Assembly (NCBI GenBank): GCA_963664625.1
Contig: OY761541.1
Coordinates: forward strand, 3,019,606 to 3,083,605
DNA length: 64,000 nt
From: Dehalococcoidia bacterium
Lineage (GTDB): Bacteria; Chloroflexota; Dehalococcoidia; Lucifugimonadales; UBA3495
Direction of reading: 5' to 3'
In this document: positions 9,461-19,074 of the stretch, piece by piece
How the letters are laid out: the number at the start of each line of letters is the position of its first letter
Numbering within the stretch: the first letter of the stretch is position 1
Notes under the pieces: model-generated
Told to the model about the DNA's origin: nothing
Seen by the model: only the letters and a program-made list of their open reading frames with translations
Databases searched by the model: none
Made by a program: the position numbers and the translations under genes

Positions 9461-10357
9461 TCACCGCCCCAGTATGGGATACCCCTCCAGGTAGTCCATC
9501 TGGACCAGTTCTAATCGGGGCGCTTGCCGGGCCAGTTCATGCTCGATTGGCTCCATGTCGGTGGGACCGGTCACCGGAGGGTTCCAGTCGTCGTGATGTC
9601 CCAGCACGATGCTCCTCGGCCGCAGCAGGTCCGCTTCCCGGGCGACGAACTGGGCCAGGGTGCCTTGGATGGGTTCTCCGTCGATATTGCCACGCCCGGC
9701 GGCAGCAAGGAGCGCCACGTCAGGCCGCAGGTCGCGCAGGATTCCGGTCCAGTGGCCAGACGTGTCTTTCCACAATATGGTTCCGTAGGGAGTCTCGATG
9801 AAGTAGGCTAACGCGCCTCCCTCGCCGCGAGGTTGCTGGAGGCACTCGGAACGATGGGCCTCGGCCTGCGCCATTTGCGGGTCGGTCGATGTGGTGCGCT
9901 GGGTTGCCCGTTGGTCCAGGTTGGCCTGCCGTTCCTGCAGGGTAAGGCCCAGGTCTCCTACCAATGCTTCTCCCGAAGCCCCGGCGGTGCTCCAGATGCA
10001 CGAGTGCTGGCTGGGAAACACCCGCACGGAGACGGCATTCGATAGCTGAACGCGCTCCCCACCCGCGACGGCAACCAACTGTTCGTCCGGCACCTCTTCC
10101 ATTTCCATCAGCCGTACCGACTCATGGGAGCCGATTATGGTGGCTCCGGTCTGGTGGGCAATCCGCTCGGCCCCCCAGAGATGGTCGAAGTGTGAATGCC
10201 CCACCAGCACGTAATCGGCCCGTTGCACGTCTGCCACGCGCATCCCTACCTCAGGCGCCAGCGGATTACGGTCTATGTAGGCATCAAGGAAAATAACAAG
10301 GTCGTCCACGGTCAATCGGTAGGTGGATACGCCCAGCCAGTCCAGCGACACGCTCAT
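9461..10357 (-). CDS. MBL-fold metallo-hydrolase
   Basis: HSHFDH metal-binding motif, 298 aa, ATG after GGAGG. Confidence 0.85.
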   Translation of the reverse strand: MSVSLDWLGVSTYRLTVDDLVIFLDAYIDRNPLAPEVGMRVADVQRADYVLVGHSHFDHLWGAERIAHQTGATIIGSHESVRLMEMEEVPDEQLVAVAGGERVQLSNAVSVRVFPSQHSCIWSTAGASGEALVGDLGLTLQERQANLDQRATQRTTSTDPQMAQAEAHRSECLQQPRGEGGALAYFIETPYGTILWKDTSGHWTGILRDLRPDVALLAAAGRGNIDGEPIQGTLAQFVAREADLLRPRSIVLGHHDDWNPPVTGPTDMEPIEHELARQAPRLELVQMDYLEGYPILGR

Positions 10358-10499
10358 CGCATTCCTCCACGTTCATATTTGATTGCCAAGCGTTGGTCAA
10401 TTTGCGATAAACTTCTGAAACAAATATCGCTTATCATAATATACTTAAGGCCTGTACGACACCTCAGGAGCAGTCTGCCCAAATGAAGGTATTCCCGGC

Positions 10500-11858
10500 A
10501 TGACGGCCACCGGGCTAATGATCCTGGTTTCAGGACTCCTGCTCATTGGCATTGGCAGTATGCCCCAGGTTGCTATGGGGGCGCGTAAGACCAAGGGCGT
10601 CTACTTCGGTTGGTGGGTGCTGGTGTCCACCTTCCTGCTGGGCGTCATATCCGGCGGAATCTTCTCCCACAGTAACGGCATCTTTTTCGGCCCCATCAAG
10701 GAGGACCTGCGCCTCAGCAGCACCCAGACTTCCCTGATCTTCAGCTTGGCCCGCGCCGAGGGTAGCGTCGCCGGGCCGATAGTGGGGCCGTTGGTAGACC
10801 GTTTCGGCTCCCAACCCATGATCATCATCGGGGGTATCATCGCCGGTCTGGGGTTTATTGCGCTTCACTGGGTCCACGGCTACCTGTTGTTCGTCGTGAT
10901 TTTCATTGGCTTGGTCTCCACCGGAAAAAGCGCCGGGTTGGGCCAGGTATTGCTGAGCGCGGTAAACCGCTGGTTTATCCGCCGGCGTTCCTTGGCCATG
11001 TCGATCTGCATCACCGGCTTCTCCTCCGGCGGCGCGGTGCTTTTGCCATTGGTCACCATCGGCGTCCACACCATCGGCTGGCGCGACGTAATGCTCTACT
11101 CCGGGATATTCATGTGCCTGATAGTGCTGCCGTTGGCCGCTATCATTCGCCATTCCCCTGAGAGAATGGGTCTGGAACCCGACGGCATCAAGCCCGGCGC
11201 TTCCCCCGCGCCAACCCAGGGTACAACACAGCCGGCCCGGGATACCTCCGGGGACTTCACCGTCGCTCAAGCCCTCAGGACTCAAGCGTTCTGGATATTG
11301 TCCGCGGGAACCATCATGCGGATAACCCTCTGGGGCGCCATTTCCATCCACGCAGTGGAGATGATGGTATGGAAGGGTATGGGTCAGGAAACGGCCGGGC
11401 TGATGTTCTCCTTGATGTTCTTCCTGTCGATACCCATGCGCATCGGCGCCGGCGTCCTTGGAGACCGGATGCCCATCCAGCCGTTGATGTGCGGCGGGAT
11501 GCTGGCGGCCGGCCTGGCTACACTGGCATTGCTTGTCATTGAGGGAAATATAGGTATCTACCTCTTCGTCTTCCTGATGGCCGTGGAGCAGGGTGGAAGC
11601 ACCCTGAACTGGGTTGCGCTTGGCAACTTTTTCGGACGTTCCAGCTTCGGCACCCTGATGGGCATGATGAGCTTCTGCTTCAACATGGGAATGTTGGTCT
11701 CCCCCATCTACGCCGGCTGGATCGTCGACCAGACCCACAGCTACACCCTAGTGCTGCTCACTTTTATCCCGGTGTACATGGCCAGCGGCGGGCTGTTCCT
11801 GCTGGCTAGAAAGCCGTCACTCCCCCGCTCCGCAGTGCCCGCTCCCGCAGCCGTTTAG
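10500..11858 (+). CDS. MFS transporter (OFA-like)
   Basis: 452 aa with about 12 hydrophobic helices and the loop motif GPLVDRFG between TM2 and TM3. Confidence 0.85.
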   Translation: MTATGLMILVSGLLLIGIGSMPQVAMGARKTKGVYFGWWVLVSTFLLGVISGGIFSHSNGIFFGPIKEDLRLSSTQTSLIFSLARAEGSVAGPIVGPLVDRFGSQPMIIIGGIIAGLGFIALHWVHGYLLFVVIFIGLVSTGKSAGLGQVLLSAVNRWFIRRRSLAMSICITGFSSGGAVLLPLVTIGVHTIGWRDVMLYSGIFMCLIVLPLAAIIRHSPERMGLEPDGIKPGASPAPTQGTTQPARDTSGDFTVAQALRTQAFWILSAGTIMRITLWGAISIHAVEMMVWKGMGQETAGLMFSLMFFLSIPMRIGAGVLGDRMPIQPLMCGGMLAAGLATLALLVIEGNIGIYLFVFLMAVEQGGSTLNWVALGNFFGRSSFGTLMGMMSFCFNMGMLVSPIYAGWIVDQTHSYTLVLLTFIPVYMASGGLFLLARKPSLPRSAVPAPAAV

Positions 11859-11862
11859 CAGT

Positions 11863-12405
11863 CTACCTAAGCTTGTTGGAAAACTTCTGCCTGACCTTGG
11901 CGACTTTGGGGTCGATTACTATCCGGCAGTACATGCTTCCCGGGTTGTTCTGGTAGAAAAGTTGGTGCTCCCATTCCGCCGGATAGAATGCTTCGAACGG
12001 CGCAAGCTGGGTTACCACCGGCCCCCTTTCAGTCCCCGACTCATCCAATGCCTTGATGAATTTCGTTGCCTGGTCTCTCTGGGACTCGGTGGTGTAGAGA
12101 ATCACCGACCGGTATTGTGTGCCCCGGTCCGCCCCCTGGCGGTTGAGAGTGGTGGGGTCGTGGCTGGCGAAAAACACCTCGAGTATCTCCGGGAAGGTGA
12201 TTTGGCCGGAGTCGAATTCCACCTTCACCACTTCGGCATGACCGGTCCGCTCGCTGCACACCTCATAGTAGTTGGGATTGACCGTGTGACCGCCGGAATA
12301 TCCGGAAGTGACCGCCGTTACCCCCTGTATCTCGTTGAAAACGGCCTCAACGCACCAGAAGCATCCGCCGCCCAACACTGCAACCTCGATATTTTCGTCG
12401 GACAC
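11863..12405 (-). CDS. msrA: Peptide-methionine (S)-S-oxide reductase
   Basis: GGGCFWCVEAVF active-site motif. 180 aa. GTG start after GGGAGGGAG. Confidence 0.95.
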   Translation of the reverse strand: MSDENIEVAVLGGGCFWCVEAVFNEIQGVTAVTSGYSGGHTVNPNYYEVCSERTGHAEVVKVEFDSGQITFPEILEVFFASHDPTTLNRQGADRGTQYRSVILYTTESQRDQATKFIKALDESGTERGPVVTQLAPFEAFYPAEWEHQLFYQNNPGSMYCRIVIDPKVAKVRQKFSNKLR

Positions 12406-12406
12406 C

Positions 12407-13741
12407 TTATCTCCCTCCCTGTCCCAGTATCTTCATCAACTCCCCAACATCGGCCAGGTTTTCCAGATTCTCCAGCATATCCAGTACCCGCATAGTATCG
12501 CTTTCAGACAAGGCTCGGTGGAAGCAGTCGCGGACCTTTGCCAACCGTTCCTCGCGGGACATGGGGTTTTGGGCCGAGCCCCGGAAGGCGCTGCATTCGG
12601 CGCTTATCGTGGAGCCGTTCTTCAGCAGGGCGATGGCCAGGACAGCCCCGGATTCCGGGCCTTCAGGGTCCACCCGGATGCGGCTCAGCATATCTTCCAT
12701 GTCTGCGGCGAAACGGCGCGCGTCGGTAAAGGTGTCGATACCCACCTGACCGTCCAGAAGGGCGGCGGCGGCGCAGTACTCCACGCTGAACTTGCCGTCC
12801 AGTCCACTGAGAGGAATGGGACCGGAGTGGCCCCGGCCTTGCCTGTGAATGGTCACCTGTTCGATAGATTCTGTGGACAGGCCGTTCTCCTCCCGCAGCT
12901 TGAGCACCGCTTCGATTACGTTCTGCATGTAGACTTGCGCCGGGAATCTCTTGATGTCAAATCCGGGGTCCGTCAGCCTCCACGAGATGCCCAGCCCGCC
13001 CGTCGCAGCGTCCCAGTCGAAGTCGCCGCCGAACAGGGCGGCGGCATAACCCACCGGCGATTCCAGGGCCTCGTCGCTGGCGGTGTAACCCATGCTTGCC
13101 AGAATGGCCGCCTCGGCGCCCATGCGGGCGGCGTTGCCGGGATGGGTGGACTTGACCATGGTGCCGGTGTTGGCGGTCAGGCCTCCGGTGCGGGATGCGG
13201 CAATGCCCAGGGCCATCAGGGTTTGCCGATCGTCCAACCCAAGGGTCTTGGCAGCCGCTGCGGCGCCTCCCAACGGGCCCACCAGACCCGGCGGATGGTA
13301 TCCCGGAGCGGTGGCGGGAGCCGACGCCGTCCGCAGCCGCCCTTGGATTTCCCATCCCAGCGCGTAGGCGCTGATGATTTTCTTGCCGGATGCTTGATGC
13401 TGCTCCCCCAGCGCCAAGGCAGCCGGCAGGCAAGATGAGGTGCCGTGAGTGGGCGGAAACCCTTGGATCTCATAGTCCAGGCAGTGGCCGAAGACTCCGT
13501 TGGCGAATGCCGCCGACGGAGGATTGGTCTTGTAGCCCCAGCCTACCACCGAGGCTTGAGGGGATCCTCCGCTGTCCCGCACGTACCGGCCGATAATGTC
13601 GGCCAATTCCTGCACCGAGCCGGCCGCCATGTTGGCAACACCGTCCAGAATGGCGGTTTTGGCGGCTTCGACCACGGAGACTGGCAGAGAATCGTACTCG
13701 GTGTTGGCTATAAACCGGGCCAGGGTTCGAGTTGCACTCAT
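12407..13741 (-). CDS. MmgE/PrpD family protein (2-methylcitrate dehydratase-like)
   Basis: 444 aa. The N-terminus LARFIANTEYDSLPVSVVEAAKTAILDGVANMAAG is typical of the PrpD family. Confidence 0.88.
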   Translation of the reverse strand: MSATRTLARFIANTEYDSLPVSVVEAAKTAILDGVANMAAGSVQELADIIGRYVRDSGGSPQASVVGWGYKTNPPSAAFANGVFGHCLDYEIQGFPPTHGTSSCLPAALALGEQHQASGKKIISAYALGWEIQGRLRTASAPATAPGYHPPGLVGPLGGAAAAAKTLGLDDRQTLMALGIAASRTGGLTANTGTMVKSTHPGNAARMGAEAAILASMGYTASDEALESPVGYAAALFGGDFDWDAATGGLGISWRLTDPGFDIKRFPAQVYMQNVIEAVLKLREENGLSTESIEQVTIHRQGRGHSGPIPLSGLDGKFSVEYCAAAALLDGQVGIDTFTDARRFAADMEDMLSRIRVDPEGPESGAVLAIALLKNGSTISAECSAFRGSAQNPMSREERLAKVRDCFHRALSESDTMRVLDMLENLENLADVGELMKILGQGGR

Positions 13742-13992
13742 AAGGGTTCCCCGTCCTGTTCTATTGAAGCGGATTACAGCGTTGGTAAGTCTTATTCATT
13801 TGGATGTAGTCGGTCCCGGCGGCAGTGAGGCACAGCGGAGTGGCCATAACGGATGATTCGTACTTCCGTGTGCAACATCCAGTGCAATTGGAGGCCGTGT
13901 AGAGGCTTGGAGCGTCTAAGAATTCCAGGCTGCCGAATGAGGGCGCTGAAGAGGTTGACGATGCCCTATGGGCCTGACTGAGTATCTGGAAT

Positions 13993-14068
13993 TGGTGACC
14001 CGCCTCGGGGTCGAACCGAGAACCTACGGATTAAGAGTCCGTTGCTCTGCCAGTTGAGCTAGCGGGCC
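13993..14068 (-). tRNA. tRNA-Lys (anticodon CUU)
   Basis: The reverse complement reads GGCCCGCTAGCTCAACTGGCAGAGCAACGGACTCTTAATCCGTAGGTTCTCGGTTCGACCCCGAGGCGGGTCACCA. It is 76 nt, with anticodon loop CTCTTAA, a GTTCGA T-loop and an encoded CCA. Confidence 0.92.
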
Positions 14069-14163
14069 GTATCAATTTACAGTGTATCCTGTCAGGCTGT
14101 AGCGGGACAACATCCCGCCAATTCGCCATAATATGAATGTAACCGCCGTTAAGTCGGCTGTCA

Positions 14164-15330
14164 ATGAATTCCTGCGCATGTATTTGCCGCCGTCCTCAAC
14201 CAATCCCCATCGTTGGACTGAAAAGACGCAGGCTGTTCACGTCTTGGAAGTGGAATCCTCAACTCGGAGGTGCACTTGTACAATTGCAGACCGTTAGCGA
14301 AACTATCAGGAAACAGGTAACAAAACTGGCATTTGAACAGGATGATGTAGCATTGGAAGGGCCTTTGCCTCGTACAAGCGAGGCGGTTGACTGGTGGCTG
14401 GAGCAGTGGGGACGGAGCGGCGTGTTGGCTGGCGACGAACCCATGTCCCGTGAGGATGTTGAGCGGTTGATATGCGCCAATGGCGGGACTGCCGTCGGCT
14501 TGGACCTTACCTTTAGAAATCTCCACTCGGCCGACCTGTCCTGCATGGACCTCCGGGAAGTATGCTTCCATGCAGCCGACTTGGGGCGAGTCGATCTCAG
14601 GGACGCCGATCTGTTCCGGGTGGACCTTCAGGAGGCCGATCTTTTCCGGGCTGATCTCCGGGGCGCGTTTCTGGTGCAAGCCAATATAAAATCGGCATAC
14701 CTGTTGGCTGTGAGAATAGATGATCAGACCAACTTGGAGGACATTGACTGGGGGGACAAGTACATCAACGGATGGGAGCATATCAATTTTTACCGGAACG
14801 CCCGGGCAGTCTACCGGCAACTTAATACGTGGCACCAGAACCACGGGCACTATGACATCGCTGGGGAATTTCTATACCGGGAATGGGTCTGCAAACGATT
14901 GGAAGCCGGGGGCCAATTAAGCGACGGATTAAATTGGCGTCGCCCCCTGCATACGTTGCAAGCCCTGAATTTCCAGTGGTGGCGTACCGTGGTCTGGTTC
15001 CTGTGGCTCGTCGTCCACGAGTTGACCTTCGGCTATGGGGAACGTCCCATGCGGGTGGTCTTCGCCGCTGCGTCCGTCGTTCTGGGGTTTGCCTTGCTCT
15101 ACTTTCTCTACCCACTCTCGGAGGTCGTTGCCGCGGGTAGAGGCGAATTTCTGGCTAGATTGTGGTATTCCTTTTACTTTTCCTTGGTGTCCTTCACCAC
15201 CCTTGGCTATGGCGAATGGATCAAACATCCCGACAACTGGCTACGTTATCTGGGCGGGTTGGAGTCCTTCATCGGTCTGTTTCTGACCGCTACGTTTCTG
15301 GTGACATTCACCCGTAAATGGACCAAGTGA
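14164..15330 (+). CDS. Pentapeptide-repeat domain fused to a 2-TM potassium-channel pore
   Basis: Pentapeptide repeats occur in ADLSCMDLREVCFHAADLGRVDLRDADLFRVDLQEADLFRADLRGAFL. The C-terminus has two TM helices flanking the pore signature SFTTLGYGEW. The true start within the first ~40 codons is uncertain. Confidence 0.75.
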   Translation: MNSCACICRRPQPIPIVGLKRRRLFTSWKWNPQLGGALVQLQTVSETIRKQVTKLAFEQDDVALEGPLPRTSEAVDWWLEQWGRSGVLAGDEPMSREDVERLICANGGTAVGLDLTFRNLHSADLSCMDLREVCFHAADLGRVDLRDADLFRVDLQEADLFRADLRGAFLVQANIKSAYLLAVRIDDQTNLEDIDWGDKYINGWEHINFYRNARAVYRQLNTWHQNHGHYDIAGEFLYREWVCKRLEAGGQLSDGLNWRRPLHTLQALNFQWWRTVVWFLWLVVHELTFGYGERPMRVVFAAASVVLGFALLYFLYPLSEVVAAGRGEFLARLWYSFYFSLVSFTTLGYGEWIKHPDNWLRYLGGLESFIGLFLTATFLVTFTRKWTK

Positions 15331-15376
15331 TGCGCTCGTGATCCGTTCGTTGTGGGGCGCCGGACCTCAATTGTCT

Positions 15377-15895
15377 CTAAGCCGCCCCATACAAGTCCAA
15401 GCGCCCCTTGCTCTTCTTCTTCAACCGGCCTTGCTTCTCCAGTGACCTTACCGCCCGTAATACCTGCGGGTCGCCATGCCTGCGAAACTGGCCGAGAATT
15501 TTGCTGCGGCTTTTCGGACGTTCGCAGTAGTCCCAGACTGCCTCGGCCAACATGGCGTCCGCCCCCGGAAGTCTTTTCCGGGGTGTCACGACGGTATGGC
15601 CCGGATTGCCGTCGGCGCGTTCTCCGGGAGTGAATTCCAAGCAACTTTCCTGGGTCTCGAGGAATGTCCGTAACCGTTTGAGCAACACCCCTCCTTCTCC
15701 GCTGGAGCCATAGCCGTGCACCACGTCCAGCTTGACCGAGGTTAGATTGGCGGCATTGTCAAATACGTAATTGTAGAAGCTGATGAATTCCTCCAGCGCC
15801 TCTGTCCGCTTGTAACCGTGCAGGTCCAAATTGAACGAAGTCATCTTCCTGTAGTCCGGTCCTTTTCTGTTAGCGTCAGCATATGTTTTCAACAT
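15377..15895 (-). CDS. Smr (MutS2-related small nuclease) domain protein
   Basis: LDLHGYKRTEALEEF ... VVHGYGSSGEGGVLLKRL matches the Smr LDLHG / HG.G signature. Confidence 0.72.
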   Translation of the reverse strand: MLKTYADANRKGPDYRKMTSFNLDLHGYKRTEALEEFISFYNYVFDNAANLTSVKLDVVHGYGSSGEGGVLLKRLRTFLETQESCLEFTPGERADGNPGHTVVTPRKRLPGADAMLAEAVWDYCERPKSRSKILGQFRRHGDPQVLRAVRSLEKQGRLKKKSKGRLDLYGAA

Positions 15896-16023
15896 ATTGT
15901 ACAGCCCATCATATCAACCCGCCTGTTCGCCGGTAGCCCAAAGGTGTATACTGCCGGGAGTTTGCCCAAGGACCGTTCGGTTCCCTTGGTCGGTTATCAA
16001 GCGATAAAGGCAGGTTCAATTCC

Positions 16024-17277
16024 TTGATCAGGTCTACCAGCGCCGGCGCCGCGCCATTGCAAGAAAACCGTGGAGGCGCGAAAGCCAGGACCATCGCCTC
16101 CACCATCCTCAGCGCCCACGGACTGGAGCACCTTTACTCCCACAGTTTCCCCGTACTGGTGGCGGCGATTTACGCCGACCTGGGCTTGAACCCATTCCAA
16201 GCGGGCATCATGTCCGCCGTCAGGCAACTCACCGCCGGCGCAACCAGCATCGGCAGCGGCGTCCTGGTGGACCTTTTCCGCCACCGCAGCGAGCAGGTGC
16301 TGGCCGGCAGTATGGTGTTGATGGGCGTCGGGTTTTTCCTGGTGTCCATATCTCCCGTGTACGGCCTGATCCTGGCCGCCCTGTTCATTGCTTCCATAGG
16401 AAACGCCCTCTGGCATCCTCCCGCCTTGGCGCTGTTGTCCCAACACTTCCCCAAGCAACGCGGCCTCTATATCTCGCTCCACAGGGCTACCGGCAGCATT
16501 GGCGACTTGGTAGGGCCGCTGTTGGCCGGCGCATTGCTCGGGTTCGTGAGCTGGCGCTGGATCATGGGCGGGGGCACCCCGCTGGCCGTGCTGATGGGGC
16601 TGTTGGTGTTGGTGCTGCTGTGGAAGGTAGCCGGCGTCCAACCCGCTGCCGCCTCAGTGCGCAGCAACTTTGGAAACCAGATAACCAACCTGCGCCGGGC
16701 CTTTCATGGCGTCGGCATGTGGGCTATCTTTATCGTCTCCGCCGTCCGTGGAATGGGGGACAGGTCCTACATCTTCTTTCTGCCTCTATACCTCAGTGAG
16801 GGACTGGACAAAGGGTTCATGTTCGCGGCAATCCACGTAGCATTGGTGTCCGCACCGGGGATTGTCTCCGGCCCCCTGTTTGGCGCATTATCCGACCACG
16901 TTGGACGCCGCCCCATCATCGCCGGTCTCATGGCCGTCTCGGTCCTGCTCTCCGTGACCACCGTGATAAGCGGCGGCAGCGTCTGGATGACGGTCTCGGT
17001 TGTCCTGTTCGGCCTCTTCCACTCTTCGGTAAGTTCGCTGACGCAAGCAGCGGCCATCGATGAAGTGGCGGGGCGGGGTCTGGATGCCACCTTCATGGGG
17101 CTGATGTGGGGCAGCAACGCCTTTTTCGGGGCCGCCGCGGCCGCGGTGGTAGGCCTGCTGGTGGGGTTCTGGGGATGGGAAACGGCCTTTTATTGCGCCG
17201 CCGTGCTGTTCTTCCTGGGGCTGGTGGCCACCATGTTCATGCCGGGAAACAATTCCCTGCGCGCCCAAACGGCTTAG
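16024..17277 (+). CDS. MFS transporter
   Basis: 417 aa with 12 predicted hydrophobic helices. TTG start, with no in-frame ATG near the N-terminus. Confidence 0.8.
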   Translation: MIRSTSAGAAPLQENRGGAKARTIASTILSAHGLEHLYSHSFPVLVAAIYADLGLNPFQAGIMSAVRQLTAGATSIGSGVLVDLFRHRSEQVLAGSMVLMGVGFFLVSISPVYGLILAALFIASIGNALWHPPALALLSQHFPKQRGLYISLHRATGSIGDLVGPLLAGALLGFVSWRWIMGGGTPLAVLMGLLVLVLLWKVAGVQPAAASVRSNFGNQITNLRRAFHGVGMWAIFIVSAVRGMGDRSYIFFLPLYLSEGLDKGFMFAAIHVALVSAPGIVSGPLFGALSDHVGRRPIIAGLMAVSVLLSVTTVISGGSVWMTVSVVLFGLFHSSVSSLTQAAAIDEVAGRGLDATFMGLMWGSNAFFGAAAAAVVGLLVGFWGWETAFYCAAVLFFLGLVATMFMPGNNSLRAQTA

Positions 17278-17420
17278 TACTAGAGCCGCACATAAGCTGA
17301 CTAGATAATTTCGACCTTGGTGAATGGACAATGTCGTTACAGGAAGAGACGTTGCCCTTAGCCGGAGGCCGCGGCAATTGAGGTTGACCAATACCTCGGG
17401 AAACCAACTGCGTCTGTAGT

Positions 17421-18357
17421 ACTAAGAATCCCTAACAAAAAGAGGATAAGCGTCTGAAGCAAATGAGTGAACATCCTATGGACAGGAACGCCTCATGTAT
17501 CCCGTCTATTCGTTCGTAGCGCACCCGCAGTCTGCGGAACTGGTGCAACCATGCCAGGGTTCGCTCGATAACCCACCTGTACACGCCCAGCCCGCTTCCA
17601 TGCCCGACGCCCCGTTTGGCGATCACAGGCGTGATGTGGCGCGAACGCAACGATTTCCGATGCTCCCGGGAATCATAAGCCCGGTCCGCATACAGCCGCT
17701 CCGGTCTGCGGCGCGGACGGCCACGTTTGCCCCGCACCGGCGGTATCGCATCCACCAATGGCAGCAATTGAGTCACGTCATGACGGTTGGCTCCACTCAG
17801 TATTGCTGCCAGAGGAGTCCCATTGGCGTCGGTGATCACGTGATGCTTGCTCCCAGGCTTACGGCGGTCCGTAGGATTGGGGCCTGTTTTTTCCCCCGCC
17901 TCCGACTGCCCGGACCGACCCACTGTCCACACAAGCCCGGGACCAGTCCAGACCGTCAGCCCCTTGCAGTTTGGACAACAGGAGTTCATGGAGACTCGGC
18001 CACACTCCGGCTTCATGCCACTCTTTCAGACGGCGCCAGCAGGTCATCCCCGACCCACATTCCATCTCCTTGGGCAACATCTCCCAAGGGATCCCGCTCT
18101 TGAGCACGAAAAGGATGCCGGCCAGGGCCTTCCGGTCGTCTATCCGCTGGCGTCCGGGGTACCGGAACCGCCTGGGCTTCGCGGGTGGCAGCAGCGGTTG
18201 GAGCATCTCCCATAGTTCATCGCTCACCAGTGGCTTCGCCATCAATCTCTCCTTACCCTGTTGCCGATGCTGCACCTGTACGCTGCAAACCACGGCTTGG
18301 AGAGAATCTAGACCTCTTACACCTGCTCGTCAACTCTTTTTGTTAGGGGCTCTTAGT
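17421..18357 (-). mobile_element. IS5-family insertion sequence (IS427-like organisation)
   Basis: The terminal inverted repeats are 24 bp: ACTAAGAATCCCTAACAAAAAGAG at 17421-17444, and the reverse complement of 18334-18357, ACTAAGAGCCCCTAACAAAAAGAG (22/24 identical). They enclose two overlapping transposase frames. Total length is 937 bp. Confidence 0.85.
17432..18242 (-). CDS. IS5-family DDE transposase, made from two frames by a probable -1 frameshift
   Basis: OrfA (MAKPLVSDELWEMLQPLLPP...GIPWEMLPKEM...CWRRLKEW) starts at the ATG at 18242 after AAGGAG. OrfB (GPNPTDRRKPGSKHHVITDANG...ADRAYD...RWVIERTLAWL) ends at 17432. The frames overlap at the run GGGGGAAAAAAC (plus-strand T6 at 17887-17892). 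Confidence 0.8.
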
Positions 18358-18388
18358 CCAAAGAGTCGTTCCGTCTCCGCACCCACCT

Positions 18389-18413
18389 GTCATTCCCGCG
18401 AAAGCGGGAATCC
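18389..18413 (+). repeat. REP-like hairpin, copy 1 (GTCATTCCCGCGAAAGCGGGAATCC)
   Basis: 8-bp stem ATTCCCGC/GCGGGAAT with a 4-nt loop. It lies in an intergenic region, 31 bp from the IS end. Confidence 0.85.
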
Positions 18414-18473
18414 ATAGGTTTCACTCAGTGGGCGATGGGTCATAGGCAGAATTAGACGGTTCTGACGTATTTT

Positions 18474-19073
18474 CTACGTAGCCGCCTTCAACACCGCCTC
18501 GTACTGCTCCGGCGTGTTCATGTCCCAGAGAATCTCCGGGATACCCACCTCAACCCGCTGGACTGATTCTTGGTGGCGTTGCACCACTGCCTTGATGCCA
18601 AGGGTCTCCTCGTTTATATCAAGCAACTCGTCCAGCAGTGAACCGTCGAGGATAATGGGATGCCCCCCCTTGCCGTTGCAGGTGGGTATGGTGACCAAGG
18701 CATCGCCCGACCGGTGTTCCTTCAGCACCCGGCTTATAACCTCCGCGCTGCGCGGTTGGTCCACGTTCAACATCAACAGGCAGTCCGGCCGGTCTGCGAT
18801 AACCGCCCTGACGCCTGTCTTGATGGACGTGGTCTTGCCCTGGAGGTAGTCCCCGTTTACTACCCAGTCAACCCCGGTCAACCCCTGTAACTCGGGCAGC
18901 AGGTTTTCCGGCTGGTGCCCCAGCACCACCACTACCCGCTCCGCGCCTGCGGCGGTTAGAGCGGCAACCTGGTGCCTCAGTAATGAAGAGTCCCGCCACG
19001 GCAACAGGGCTTTGGGACGCCCCATCCGGCGGGACTCTCCGGCAGACAACAGTATGGCGGCAACGCCGGACAC
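18474..19073 (-). CDS. MobA/MocA-like molybdenum cofactor nucleotidyltransferase
   Basis: N-terminal AAILLSAGESRRMGRPKALLPW motif. GTG start overlaps the XdhC stop. Confidence 0.8.
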   Translation of the reverse strand: MSGVAAILLSAGESRRMGRPKALLPWRDSSLLRHQVAALTAAGAERVVVVLGHQPENLLPELQGLTGVDWVVNGDYLQGKTTSIKTGVRAVIADRPDCLLMLNVDQPRSAEVISRVLKEHRSGDALVTIPTCNGKGGHPIILDGSLLDELLDINEETLGIKAVVQRHQESVQRVEVGIPEILWDMNTPEQYEAVLKAAT

Positions 19074-19074
19074 G

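Noticed and set aside
17416-18362. Target-site duplication flanking the IS element
   Set aside because: The flanks (…CTGTAGT | … | CCAAAG…) share no direct repeat. TAGT appears on both sides only if the inverted repeats are shortened, which worsens their match. I leave this unresolved rather than claim a duplication.
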